Shown here in pieces: positions 62,925 to 64,000 of a stretch of DNA of 64,000 nucleotides (the stretch's first letter is position 1; each line of letters begins with the position of its first letter). The notes under the pieces were generated by a model. The model was not told the DNA's origin. It was given only the letters and a program-made list of their open reading frames with translations, and did not search any database. The DNA is from Narcine bancroftii. Taxonomy: Eukaryota. Where the stretch lies: contig NC_091481.1 of NCBI RefSeq assembly GCF_036971445.1, positions 10,540,001 to 10,604,000 of the forward strand, written 5' to 3'. A program made the position numbers and the translations under genes.

Positions 62925-63585
62925 CCAAGCCCCAGGGAAAATCATCGGTAAAGAATTCCCGCAGAACCCTGAGTTGTTCCTGTTTGGAAACTGCACATAA
63001 GACAGAAGACTTACAATGAAGCTGTCCAAATTCAATTTGTGATGATCACGTTGGCAGTGGCCAGGAAGTGCATAGCAGTTACTTGGAAATCCGACTCCTA
63101 CCTGAGCATCACACACTGGAATATGGTGTGTTCCCTTGGATAAAATCACTTATAATTTCAGGAATTACCTTCAAAAAAATTTGGCAGCCCTGTTTGAATT
63201 TCGTGGGAGCTATAAATAGACCATCGTGTCCTGCCTTGTCTGCCCACCCCTCCACCGCTTGGGAGGGTGGGGGGGGGTGGGGGTCCAACGTCCTGACCAG
63301 TCAAGAAACTGAAACAGCCTGTGCTCTGGCTGCTGTGCCGTGACAAACCCACCAAATCATCCCCTGTGTTTCTTCCCTTTGTTGTATATGTTTTTAAGTG
63401 TCCCGTGTATGTGTAGTTGCTAATACATTCAGTGTTAAATGGGGAGGAGTTGGATGGAAAGGAAATAGAAGATGCTTGAACTCTACAGAAACTATTATGA
63501 TTACTGTAAATTGTCAGTGCTGACTATGTTAACATTGATGTTGATAACTGTTGGACTGGAAAATCATAAATAAAATATTTTTTAA
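62925..63585 (+). mobile_element. L1/Tx1-like LINE 3' end (same family as the 33.5-kb copy)
   Basis: LAVARKCIAVTWKSDS..PLDKITY in plus frames; AATAAA and A-rich tail. Confidence 0.7.
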
Positions 63586-64000
63586 AAATGGTGGATCCAC
63601 TAAAAATCTTTTTATAAATGGGGTTAAACAGATTCCAGCAATTTAAATGCTGTTTAAGCAATAATTGTAACAATACCAGAAAAACTGTACTTATGAACTA
63701 TATTAAAAATGTTGATGGAGTTCATGCATATCCAGGCTTGGTTTGCAGAACACCAAGTGCATGTACTGAAAACTTTTGAAAGTAACTATTTCAAGTTTTT
63801 ATTGAGGAATTGTATTGTTCATTAAGTTTATTAAACATCTACATCTGGCATCTACATTATCTTCAATTTTACAAGTCTCTCAATGTGCTCATCAAAATAA
63901 ACAATTGTAGGCCTTTAGTATACTGAACCATAACCTTAGTTGAAGTAGTTGAACATACATAGGCAGGAGAAAAAAAAAGTGGTGGTATTTAAGATGGGAA

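Overview
Vertebrate genomic DNA, probably from a cartilaginous fish (inferred from HE1/V-SINE-like SINEs and CR1, Rex1, Penelope and RTE repeats). Two M14A procarboxypeptidase A genes lie head-to-head. Gene A is on the minus strand: exons 1-9 span 10533 to 778, exons 10-11 fall outside the window, and it has a TATA box plus a PTF1-like pancreatic promoter. Gene B is on the plus strand and complete: 11 coding exons, 32569-54545, 419 aa. Gene B is atypical: a CpG-island 5' non-coding exon, a GC-AG intron, a strongly cationic protein, and Tyr248 replaced by Asn inside an N-E-T sequon, while the Zn ligands and Glu270 are intact. Between the genes are a disrupted alpha-1,2-fucosyltransferase (GT11) pseudogene and possible relics of another decayed gene. 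The rest is dense with transposons, including Penelope termini carrying fossil minimal hammerhead ribozymes, a young RTE LINE, a 19-bp minisatellite, and an odd LTR-PBS stub-LTR-start integrant next to a second CpG-island promoter at about 61 kb. Exon boundaries were read by hand from splice sites and conserved exon lengths; repeat boundaries are approximate.
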